A stretch of DNA of 20,000 nucleotides from Catajapyx aquilonaris (lineage: Eukaryota). The position numbers and the translations under genes are program-made. Positions 1 through 9,836 of the stretch are shown here, piece by piece (the stretch's first letter is position 1; each line of letters starts with the position of its first letter). The stretch covers positions 48,528-68,527 of the forward strand of contig JYFJ02001844.1 in assembly GCA_000934665.2 (NCBI GenBank). Direction: 5' to 3'. A model generated the notes under the pieces. The model was not told the origin of the DNA. It did no database searches and saw only the letters and a list, made by a program, of their open reading frames with translations.

Positions 1-139
1 TTTTCCTCTCACTATGTAGTCTATTCGACCTACAGAATTCTCACGCAACCGACACACCTTTCATCCCTTNTTTTCCTCTCACTATGTAGCCTATTCGACC
101 TACAGAATTCTCACGCAACGGACACACCTTTCATCCCTT
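1..139. repeat. 69-bp direct duplication separated by a single N (probable assembly artefact)
   Basis: 1-69 and 71-139 are identical except at 20/90 (t/c) and 50/120 (c/g); position 70 is n. Confidence 0.85.
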
Positions 140-239
140 GTAGTAATCACTAAAACTACTGATTACGTTGCATGCTTAGTTAGTGGCACCAGTTAAGCAG
201 GAATTAGCACGATACATTATAAAAGACATAATAACTCAC

Positions 240-1233
240 TTCTTCCCTTGGTTGTGACTGTCTTTTCAGTCCGAGATGACCTTCTAACAGTGGTGTCTAT
301 CATGTAATCAGGACGGTATGACCTCTTAGGGGAGATGTCCCTCTCTGGAGATGATTTGGATGCTTTTCTGGATGTTGGTGGTGATGGTGATGGTGAGTAG
401 TATGGTCTTGAACCTCGGCGAGTATCCGCTGGTGTTGGCGAAGACGTTGCGGCAGGAGCAAGAGGTGAAGATGGACGTCTTCGGCTTACTTCAGGAGATG
501 ATGGTCGCCTTCTGGTTGTGTCTGGAGAGTATGGTCGTCTCTTGTTGGCCTCTGGGGATGATGGACGACGTTTGCTGGCTTCTGGAGACGACGGATGCCT
601 TCTGGTTGTTTCTGGAGACGACGGACGCCTTCTGGTTGTTTCTGGAGACGACGGACGCCTTCTGGTCGCTTCAGGAGAAATCTTGCGAGCTGGTTCGTAT
701 GTGCGTGGTTTTCTGGTTTCAGTTGGTGAGGATGGTCTTCTTGTCGCTTCTGGAGAAATCTTTCGGGTTGGTTCAGGATATGTGCGTGGTTTTCTGGTCT
801 CCGTTGGTGAGGATGGTCTTCTTGTTTCGGGCGATATTTTTCTGGTTGCTGTAGGAGAGGATGGTCGTCTTGCTTCGGGAGATATTCGTCTGGCTGACGT
901 CGGAGATGATGGTCTCCTTGTAGTTGCTGGTTCCGGATACTTTGGAGCTTTCTTGGTCGCTTCTGGTGAAGATGGTCGTCTTGATTCGTAGTATGGAGGA
1001 GATCGGCGTCCTTCTGGACTATATGGTCTTCTGCTTGACTCTGGCGACAACTTTCTAGTTGGACCAGGTGAATACGGTTTCCTAGAGACTTCTGGAGAGT
1101 ACGGGGTCTCATAGGTATGGGTTTGCAAAATTGATGTTGGTGTTCCCTCAGCATCAGGATATATCTTTCTTCTTATCAGTCGTATTTGGGCACGAATACG
1201 GCGGCGGTCGTCATAGCTCTTTGCTCGTTCCAA
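240..1233 (-). CDS. Smoothelin-like protein, third visible exon (second half of Smoothelin motif 2 plus RRPSSP repeat region); gene continues past the window edge
   Basis: Begins TTG GAA CGA (Leu, not a start) directly after the AG. It is 994 nt long and ends at the donor A|GTGAGT (GT at 239-238, phase 1). The C-terminal CH domain expected for smoothelin-family proteins is not in the window. Confidence 0.85.
470..980 (-). repeat. Coding tandem repeats (30-nt RRRPSSPETT-type units; longer RKISPE..RRPSSPT units)
   Basis: Near-identical 30-nt units (tctggagacgacggacgccttctggttgtt) at about 581-670, with degenerate copies on both sides; the TETRKPRTY block is duplicated. Confidence 0.9.
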
Positions 1234-1293
1234 CTAAAAAGGAAACAATAATATTAAGAACATTATCTGAGAAAAGTACCAAAATGATCTTAC
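1234..1293 (-). other. Spliceosomal intron, 60 nt, phase 0
   Basis: GTAAGA donor and ttcctttttAG acceptor; removal joins LLEAM to LERAKSYDDRRRIRAQIRLIRRK (Smoothelin motif 2). Confidence 0.9.
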
Positions 1294-4200
1294 CATGGCT
1301 TCTAGAAGCTGCAGATCTTCAATGTCTTCAATTCTGGTATCGCATGTTTCCACATCCGATTTGAAGAGTGACTTCTGGGACTTTTCTGCTCTGGAGACAA
1401 ATGCTTCCACTTTAGCTCCAATTAGACCCTTGGATGATGTCCTCCTCACTACTGTTGGTTGCTTCTTGTCATCTTCAGGGGAAGGTGACCTCTCTGGTCG
1501 GAATGGCTTGGTTGATTCTCGTACATATGTGTCCCTGTCTGGCGAGGGGCGATAACTGCTCTTCTTAAGCTCTGGAGTTGGACTTCTTCTATCAGGTGTC
1601 CTGCGCCACTTTGGCTCGTCAAATGTTGGTGATATGGATCTGGGCCTGTATAAATCTGGTGTGCTACGTCCCCTGTCCGGTGTGCCCTCCCTAGACCTGA
1701 TCCAATTCTCGTCAGTAATTTTAACAGGAAAATCCTCAATGGACCTGCTCAGTGGTTCATCACGAAAAGGACTCTTCGGCCGTACAGACCATGGTTTGTC
1801 GTATGTTCTTTCTCCTCTAGGCCTGTCCGAAACTGGGCTGCTCACACGTTTAGTTTGTGGTCTGGTCCTTACAGGAGAACCATCGTCAGGCGACGTACTC
1901 CTGGGTTTGGAACTGACAGGACTGCGAGGTCTTTCTGTGTCCCTGGGTTTCGGCTTCGCGGTGGTCTCTGGCGCAACTTTGCTCGGTCGTGCCCACGGTT
2001 TGTCGTATTTTCTCTCAGATCTTTCTTGAGGCTTCGAGATGGGTCGCTCTGATTTGGGAGCTTCTGGACTCGATGGCCGCTTTGCCTTTCCTTGCAACCA
2101 TGGCTTGTTGTATGACCTGTCCTGCGATTTGTCTTCTGGTTTTCGACCTGATTTATCCATGTCCGGACTCGATGGCCGCCGCTTTGTGTCTGATTTCACT
2201 GGGGACACCTTAGTTGGTTGATTCCAGTCATCTGATTGTCTCTTGTGACTAGGCAAAACAGCCCATGGTTTTCCAGGAGATGGCTTCTCATCTGGTTTTC
2301 TATCCCATGGTTTTCGGTCCTCCAGATCGTCTCGAGTTGTTGGTTCATCTGTGCCCCATGATGGACTTTCTTGTGGGGCATCAGGCTTTTTCATTCCATA
2401 CTTAGGACGTTCTCTTTCCTCTGGCCACTTTTCAACAGAGTAATCCTTACGGTATGTTGTACTAGACTGCACAGTTTCGCTGGTTGCATATCTTCCATCA
2501 TCTGGTTTGTTGTCATCATCATCAGAGGGACGAATATCTTCATCAGAGCCAGGGACATACTCTCCCTTTGCCTTTGCCTCAAAATATGCGGATTTTTGGG
2601 ACACTTTTGCCTTATCAGACTCCCTAGGGACAGGTCTGCTCTGAGGTGACGTTGTTGTTGTGCCCAATGTTTCAAAAAGGGCCTTCTTTTTGCGGACGGA
2701 TGTGACATCAGATGGTTCTTCATCTTCTGATTTTGGGAAATGCTCTTCAGGATATCCCTTCAGAGGTCTTGTCTCTTGAGATGCAGTAAGGGTAGTCAAG
2801 TAGCTGGTCTTGGATGTTTCATGTATGGTTGGTGTGTCGGTATCGGATGCTCCATCAGGATACTGCATCCTATATTTGACACGCGTCTCCTCTGTGGTCA
2901 CTTCTTTCTCATCCGCCGTATCTGAGTCTCGGACATCCTCGCACACCACTTCCTTGATGTATTCCGATTCCTTCATGTTGTCTACAAGTTCGTATGTTGT
3001 TGGCTCTAATTTTTCCTTCTCAGTTCGCCAGCAGGGAACATCTGGTTTGGCATCTCCATGTTTCAGTTTAGGCTGATCAGCCCTTGGTGCCCGTTTCAGA
3101 CTCGAGCTGCTGTCTGTTCTTCCTGGTTTTGTTGGACTCTTCTCATCTGAAGGTCGTCTCCCAGGCTTCATTGCAGTCCTTTCATCTGAAGGCCGCCTTC
3201 CTGGTTTTGTTGGACTCTTCTCGTCTGATGGTCGCCTCCCAGGCTTTGTGTCTCTCTTGGTGTAATCCACTGTAGGAGTCGGTTCTCGTACTGGTTTTGT
3301 TGTTTTCAAGCTTGATCGTGGGGATTCCCATGGAGCTTTGCGCTCAGGTTTGATATCAGAAGACTTTGGAGCTGACTTACCACGAGTTGTATATTCATCT
3401 CCTGGCCTGGGTGATTCCTTAGACGGCTTTCGACTGCTGGGACCACTTGGGCGTGCGTCAGTCTTTGCTGGTTTAGCCTCGTCCTCACTATCTTTAGGTG
3501 TGTCTATTGTCGATGTAACAGTTGTGACCTTTGAGGTCATAACGTATTCTTTCAGTGCTTCTTCGCGCCTGTATTCATCCGTATCGTACATAGGAGGGGA
3601 CGATGGTACACGATCTCTTGGTTCCTCGTCGCTGGTGTAATCCGGCTGTTGTGTCGGTTCCTCCACATCCATATCAACAGGAGACATTCTTGGGCTTGAT
3701 GGTTCCTTTCCATCACGAACAGGTGACGAACGGGGTGATACTCGTTCCGGAGAAGGAGAGCTTCTTGCTGGTGAGCAGACTCCATTCTGAATGACTCCTG
3801 TTGGACGCACAGGAGAGCTTCGGTCAGCAGGTTTCGCACTAGGTCTAGTTGTAGATGGTTTCGGTCGCCCATCTCCTTCGGGTAGCCTTGTGCTTCTGGG
3901 ATAAGAACGTTCGGGTGATGTGCCCTGCTGTCTTGAAGTGCTTTCACGGCTTCTGAAGGGAATCTTTGTGTCCCTGACTGGTGAGGCTCTAGGAGAGGAA
4001 GCTCGACCAGGAACGTACTTGAGTCTGGAGTCATCTCGACCAGGTGAACCAAGAGGTGACGTCCGGGATGGAAGTTTGGCTGATGGTCTCACTTCTCGCT
4101 CTGGTGAACGTGTAGGTGATGTGATCGGAGAATATTGTTGGCCAGAATCACGTCGTGGTGGGGAATAACCTCTTGTCTTGGGCTGCGATGGTTTGGAGGA

Positions 4201-6369
4201 TTTCCTAATAGGATCAGGCTTTGTTGGGGATGCGTATGACGGTTTTGCACGCTGATTGGGTTTTAATGCCGTATCAGATTGGACTCGCTTAGTGACAGGC
4301 TGCTTGTCACGTATGGTCTTGTCCGAGAGTGTTCTTCCTTCAAGGTGTCTTCTCTTGACAGTCACAACCACGTCGTCTCGGGGCTTTGTAGTCACCAACG
4401 CTGTTGTTGTAGGTTTGTCATTCCTCCCAAGACGTGATGGACGTGACAGTATGTCCGGTACTTTCTGCATGGTGGGTCTCAATGGCACTTTTCTTTCTTT
4501 CGCAGGCTCCTCATCAGTTATTATCTCATCTTCCAAGGTTGCTATCGTGTCAATTTCACCTGTAGGTGTCGGTTTGTCAGTTTCATCTTCGCCTCCAACG
4601 GGGTACATGTATCGCTTCTTAAGTGGTGGTTCTACAACCGGGACCCTTCCTTCTTCTGCAGAATCCGGTACCTCCTGCTCTGGCACGTCATCTTCGGTAA
4701 CAATCGGTGAATCGTCAGCTACATCGGGAACAGTGCGCTGCAGTTTAGTAGTGCATGTCACCACCTTTCTGGTTTCAGTACTTGTTGTACGCTGACCTGG
4801 CCTCTCCGGACTACGTGGTTTCACCTGTTTCTTGGAGTGACGCTGTTTCATTGCTTCGTAGTCCATTCCGATGACCTTCATCTTTTCTCCCCTCTGAGAC
4901 AAATATGTATCCAGCCTACCCAACTCCTCCATGATTGAATCTTCCATATCTTGCTCGGTAGCACCCCTCCTTTTGCTTGCTGGCACTCTAACAGTAAGAA
5001 TCTGGCTCCTCACGCCTCGTGGGTCATCAGGGACTCGTCGAGGTGACTGAGGACCTTTGGGTCTTGGAACGTCATCACTCTTGCTTCTTTTGGTCACTGG
5101 TTGTTTCTTCTTCGGTGTCTCGCTAGTTGGCTTCTTTATAGGCGACTGCGTAGGGCTGTCATCTGATTTCTTGCCACTAACTCGAGGAAGACGAGATTTT
5201 GGGGATACAGCCCTGGGTGATGTGGCTCTCTCTGGGACTGGGCCGGGAATGGTAAACGGTCGGTATATTTCGCTGAATCTCCTCTTGTCCACAACTTCAG
5301 GAGGATGAGTCACAACTGGCTGCTTCTCAACCACTCTGGTGTCAATGCATGTCGTGTCCACGGTTTTCTTGTCCACGGTCTCCGAAACTTGCTGTGTTGT
5401 TGATTCAGTTGCGGTCACATTGGACTCCCTTCGGTCTGTAGATTCAATTTCAACAATTTTGGGTCCGATTACTACCTCTGTGGTTACAGCTGGAGGAGTG
5501 TAGTGTGTCTCCTGATACTGGTAATAAGTGATACCAGCTGGATGGGTTGGGGAAGTTGTTCGAACTTCCTGGTAACAAGTACCGCCGGAAGGTTGGATTG
5601 GAGATGTGGTCCTATTTTCCGTTACTTCCACGATTGTTGGTCCGGTTCCGTCTCGAACTTCTCTGGTTTCCACTGTAGTATAACTGCCTCCTGACGTTTT
5701 GCTGGTGTGGACAGCGTAACTCGAAGATCCAGTCTGTTGACTTTGGCTGGACATGGTTACCTCAGGTGGAAGTTGTGTAGTTGTCGTTGTCACTTCCACT
5801 ACTGTGCATCCAGGGGCGCCTTGGACCTCTTGAAGACGCTTACCTCTGTCGAGACTCTTCCTCTGGATTTTTTCAGTGATAATGGCAGCTTGGGCAGCGT
5901 CACCACTCTTCTTCCTCTGGGTTTTTTCGGTAACAATCACGGTTCCTCCATCTCCGCTTTTCTTTCTCTGGGTCTTCTCAGTAATGATGACAGTCTGGCC
6001 GTCCCCACTTATCTTCCTCGGTACCGTTTCGGTGATGATGGTGACTTGTGTGTCCCCACTCTTCTTTCTTTCTCGCTTCTCTGGTGATTCACCTTCCATT
6101 TCCAACCCCCTCTTACGGTCAATGGAACTGGTGGAGGAAGACAGCGACAATCTTCCTCCAAGCGAATATGACACTTCCATACTGTTGTTATCTCCGTCGT
6201 CTCCTTCGAATTCCATATGCTGACTGTACTCTGCCTGCGGTATGGCCTGATTGAGGATGTCTCCCAGGACATCTCCGCTGGTGTAAAACTCTCTCAGGCG
6301 TTGCTCACGAAGCTTGTACATTCTTCCACGTATCTTCTTCTTCATATTGAAATCTTCAGTCTGCTGCCA
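1294..6369 (-). CDS. Smoothelin-like protein, giant exon (5,076 nt, 1,692 codons; disordered S/P/R/T/K/E-rich linker between two Smoothelin motifs)
   Basis: Uninterrupted ORF, extended 8 codons upstream of the ORF-track Met (WQQTEDFN-MKKKIR...) to the AG at 6370-6371. It ends IEDIEDLQLLEAM at the donor ATG|GTAAGA (GT at 1293-1292). Low complexity, with many SP and RRxS motifs. Confidence 0.9.
3118..3249 (-). repeat. Coding 39-nt tandem repeat x3 (KPGRRPSDEKSPT)
   Basis: Translation TKPGRRPSDEKSPTKPGRRPSDERTAMKPGRRPSDEKSPTKPGR; visible at the DNA level. Confidence 0.9.
5851..6075 (-). repeat. Coding repeat of about 17-18 aa x4 (RKKSGD..T(V/A)IITEK.Q)
   Basis: RKKSGDTQVTIITETVP / RKISGDGQTVIITEKTQ / RKKSGDGGTVIVTEKTQ / RKKSGDAAQAAIITEKIQ / RKS in the exon translation. 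Confidence 0.85.
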
Positions 6370-6480
6370 CTGTCAAAAGACGACACACTTAGATTCATAA
6401 TCATTATGATATCCAGTCAACTGCTAGATTTTAAATAAATGGCTCAATTCGTGCTTAATTCCTCTTGATAATTAACTCAC
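6370..6480 (-). other. Spliceosomal intron, 111 nt, phase 0
   Basis: GTGAGT donor at 6480 and tcttttgacAG acceptor ending at 6370; AT-rich; removal restores a continuous Smoothelin motif. Confidence 0.88.
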
Positions 6481-6740
6481 CATTTTCCTAAGCAAATCTT
6501 CATCTTGGATGGCACCAAAATCCTTGTCCTCGACCAGAGCTGCTTCTGATGACGCAGAAGCCGTGGTGTAGGCGGTAGAGAATTGCAGTTTCGCATCAGA
6601 AGCCACCTCCTTGCTGCTAGACTGACTGGATTCCACAATCTTAGTTTCGGAAGTCGTCTCTCTGGTACTGGACTCCGTGACCTTGCTCTCCGAAGACATC
6701 TCTTTGCACTCCGACATCGACGTCATCTCCTTGGCAGATT
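6481..6740 (-). CDS. Smoothelin-like protein, first visible coding exon (Ser/Thr/Glu-rich N-terminus plus first half of Smoothelin motif 1)
   Basis: The acceptor ctcttttcAG ends at 6741 and the donor ATG|GTGAGT starts at 6480. The exon reads (E)SAKEMTSMSECKEM...DFGAIQDEDLLRKM. A possible start ATG lies at 6726, otherwise it is entered in phase 1 from an upstream exon. It splices in frame to WQQTEDFNMKKKIRGRMYKLREQRLREFY, which I recognise from memory as the N-terminal Smoothelin motif of arthropod smoothelin-like proteins (no search run). Confidence 0.85.
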
Positions 6741-6865
6741 CTGAAAAGAGTGCTTTGAGTAGAACACCATGTCCTAGATATAATTTTTCAACCACATATC
6801 TGCATAGCAACCCAGTAAATGGAACGGGAGGAAACACCTTTGAGTGGGGCCAACGACACCTTCAG

Positions 6866-6875
6866 CCTTATTAGG
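6866..6875. promoter_or_regulatory. CArG box (SRF consensus)
   Basis: CCTTATTAGG matches CC(A/T)6GG; 125 bp upstream of the first visible exon. Confidence 0.5.
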
Positions 6876-7540
6876 TATCTTCGACTTGTGCAACAATCTC
6901 TAGTTGCCGCAAGACACCGATTCAACGTCTCCGAAGGCGACCCTTCTCATCATCAGAATGACGCTGACACGCCATGCTAATTTTTTATTCTCCACGGGAC
7001 ACCTTTGCCCTTACAGGAGAAACGTCTCTTCACGGTTAGTGTATATGCGGAGGTGGACATACGTGCGTGGAGATTGAATCGCCATTTACAAAATTGAAAG
7101 TCAGTCGTTCTAAAAAAAAAGTATCATACAGTGTCACATGGACATACCCAGTTCAGTGGCAGTTCAACAGTATGCTCCAAAAACAATTCAACCCGAATAA
7201 CGACATGGCCTTGGAAAGTACAGGACGTGCCATATTAACAACTACTAACGTAAATTAAGTTGGCATAGTCCTACACAAATAAATCCGTAGTCCACAACAC
7301 GCACGCCTGTTGTGAAACACAAGTCAAATTAAGCATTAACGACATCATTTATGTTCCTTCAGCAGTATACCGATAATTAGGCGCTGCCACAAAACCGACT
7401 AGGAAAAACCACGAGCCATCAACGTCTAGACATGTGCACATAACGAGGTAGAGAGAGTGAGTTACACAGTCATGTGCTGTTCCGTGGGGGACCCACTTTC
7501 CAATATGGGCAGCGGTCGGAGATTAAAGGACGATGCTGTA

Positions 7541-7550
7541 CCTTATATGG
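7541..7550. promoter_or_regulatory. CArG box (SRF consensus)
   Basis: CCTTATATGG, perfect match; a near-CArG CCAATATGGG lies at 7500-7509. Confidence 0.6.
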
Positions 7551-7711
7551 ATAGGCGTGAAAGTTGGCCTACTACTAACCAAACCGCGTTTTGTGATTGG
7601 AGCATCGGTTCAACGAGCCCACTGATCAGATTCGTCTTACAGCACTTATTAGCCCATACCTGATTATGTCCTCAAAGTGAAAAAAAACAGCAATTGTCCT
7701 AAAACTGTCGT

Positions 7712-7721
7712 CCATATTTGG
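7712..7721. promoter_or_regulatory. CArG box (SRF consensus)
   Basis: CCATATTTGG, perfect match, 171 bp from the 7541 site. Confidence 0.6.
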
Positions 7722-9760
7722 ATGCCCGGGTGCAGTTGCTACTGTAATTATTGTCAGTTTGTTTGACAGTGGTGACTCCAGAGACATCCCTATCAGGTGG
7801 GTGGTTTTGCTTCTGATTAGTATCGCCCATCGTAAATATCACGCTGAGACATTTTCCCAGAGCAGGCAAAGAATCTTGTCACATTAATACCCACCGGTTC
7901 TGCCACAATTACCTGCCTACATGCCAAAATTGAGACAAATGCGTGGGCTATTTAAATGCATTTAAACATATAAAAAAAACTACCACCTAACCAGATTCTA
8001 ATAATATAGCTAACTGCATCAAGTTGATCTGGCCTTGCCCTTGTGGCCATCCCTGACTTGTTCTTCCAAAAGAGTCGAGACTGCATTTTTGAAGAGCCTG
8101 CTGTATAAGGTGAGTTGCCTTTGGTTCGTTGACTTCTCTTTACAAGGGCGTGTTGGCCCTAATAGTCCCATCTGCCATGCCTTCCCTCGCATTTGGCCCC
8201 GAAACGATATATCTAACTGATAGTATTCATTCTGAAGAGCAAATCCGGAGCGAATCGGGTCCTTCACGCCTCAATACAAATGATGGTCTGTAGTGTTCAA
8301 GTTTGGCATAGGTCGTGATTCGATACATATGGACAACGTCTTTTCAATGCAACGCCCTGTATACATGTGAGAGTTCATAAAGCCAAGTGTAATAATTTTT
8401 TCGAACTTGGCTTGTAAGATGGCAGATAACAAGTAGCGCAAATGATCTACAAGATAGCGGACATAATGTTCAACACGAGTCATTCAGAGCAATAAGTGAA
8501 AGTACTGAGCTGAAAATTTTGACTGAAACATTTGGATTGTAATTTAACAAAAAATATTTAAACTTTTAATTATGGTTATGATTTATAATCCGACGTCACA
8601 GGAAAAATGGTCTAATTTCGTGCAGGAAGTGCAGAATATGATGCGTACTAATCATTTAAAAAAAAATTTAAGATGATGGCACGAGAAAAGGAGTGATGCG
8701 CACTTGACCTCGCTCGAAAGGCATCAACGCCCACAACACTTCTTTAGCCGTTGCAGTTGATAATTACTGCCTATATCTAAAAACCCACACTGGACACACT
8801 AATATGATCAATGTACATTGTTCAACTAGACCTTGAACATTAATTGATGCAACTGTTGCAACTTACTTATTGACCTCGTAATGGCATCAAAAAGTACTTC
8901 ATCCACTTGAATATGGCCACTGACAAAGAAGCTTGTCTACAGGATGTAGAGTCTATAAATCGTGGCTTTTACGTTGAGATGTTTCACCATAAATCTTCTT
9001 CCAGATGGTAAGCTAGGTCACTCACACTTCCTGCGACACATTTAACACCGGTTTTTTACAAGTTAAGCTCGGATTAATTCTGTGTAACTTTACCCAGTTT
9101 AGAAAACACTTCCAGCCAACGAAAGGGACCAGACAGACTGCATAGCCCCAAACCTAAAACCTTGACCCTTCGTCCTACTCTAAGCAGTGCCGCCAACTGG
9201 GACTAATATTTATGAAAGAAGCCCCCCTTTTCTCAACCCTCGACCCCCCACACTTTTCTTCCCATCCCCCTCAACCCACCAGGAAAAAAAAAAATGAAGG
9301 TTTTTCATTCATTATAACAGGCCCTTTTTTCCCCTCTAGAAACCCGAATTTTTGAGTCTTCTGTGGTAATCACAAGGTGTGGGTGGGTAATTAGAGGAAA
9401 TCTTTCAGGAATTCCATGGACGATTAACCGACTCAATTGCCTCTGATTTTCCCACAGTACTCGTCATCCTTACCAGGATGTCTTGATATATTCCGCAGCA
9501 CGCTTCAAGGACCATTTACTAGACGAGTTTAGGATATGGAGTCGTCTCACAAATTAAGCTAACCATTAAATCTCGATTACACAAACCGTCACTTACAAGC
9601 ATAAATTACATGGTACAAATTAAGCCATTTTTCCGCTTGCTTTAAGCAGCTGTAAATTCTGAGCAAATGATGTGACATTTGTTGTGGGTCATAGAAAATA
9701 GTATGGATATGTGTTAATTGCTACTATATTTTAATAAGACAGCACCAAAGTTCATAAAAA

Positions 9761-9836
9761 GCATTTCGAGTGTCTTCATTCGAGCATTTCGAGCATTCGA
9801 GCATTTCGAACATTTCGAGTATTTCGAGTGTCTTCA
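9761..9836. repeat. Minisatellite of about 9-nt GCATTTCGA units
   Basis: About 6-7 degenerate (g)catttcga(g) units bracketed by a direct repeat atttcgagtgtcttca (9763-9778 and 9821-9836). Confidence 0.8.

Noticed and set aside
217..239. C-terminal SELLCLL as a CaaX prenylation signal
   Set aside because: Cys is third from the end rather than fourth, and the sequence lies past a consensus GTGAGT donor.
217..1233. 338-aa ORF as a separate gene abutting the 1703-aa ORF (operon or stop readthrough)
   Set aside because: Its TTG follows a splice acceptor; a 60-nt intron joins both ORFs into one Smoothelin motif.
351..6438. Many plus-strand and alternative-frame ORFs overlapping the large exons
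   Set aside because: Shadow ORFs from biased codon usage and coding repeats of the real minus-strand frame.
6741..6837. N-terminal part of the 121-aa ORF (MFPPVPF...)
   Set aside because: Non-ATG start upstream of a good acceptor at 6741; most likely intronic read-through.
9761..9836. TTCGA repeats as a heat-shock element
   Set aside because: The 9-nt period and TTCGAG core do not give contiguous alternating nGAAn pentamers.
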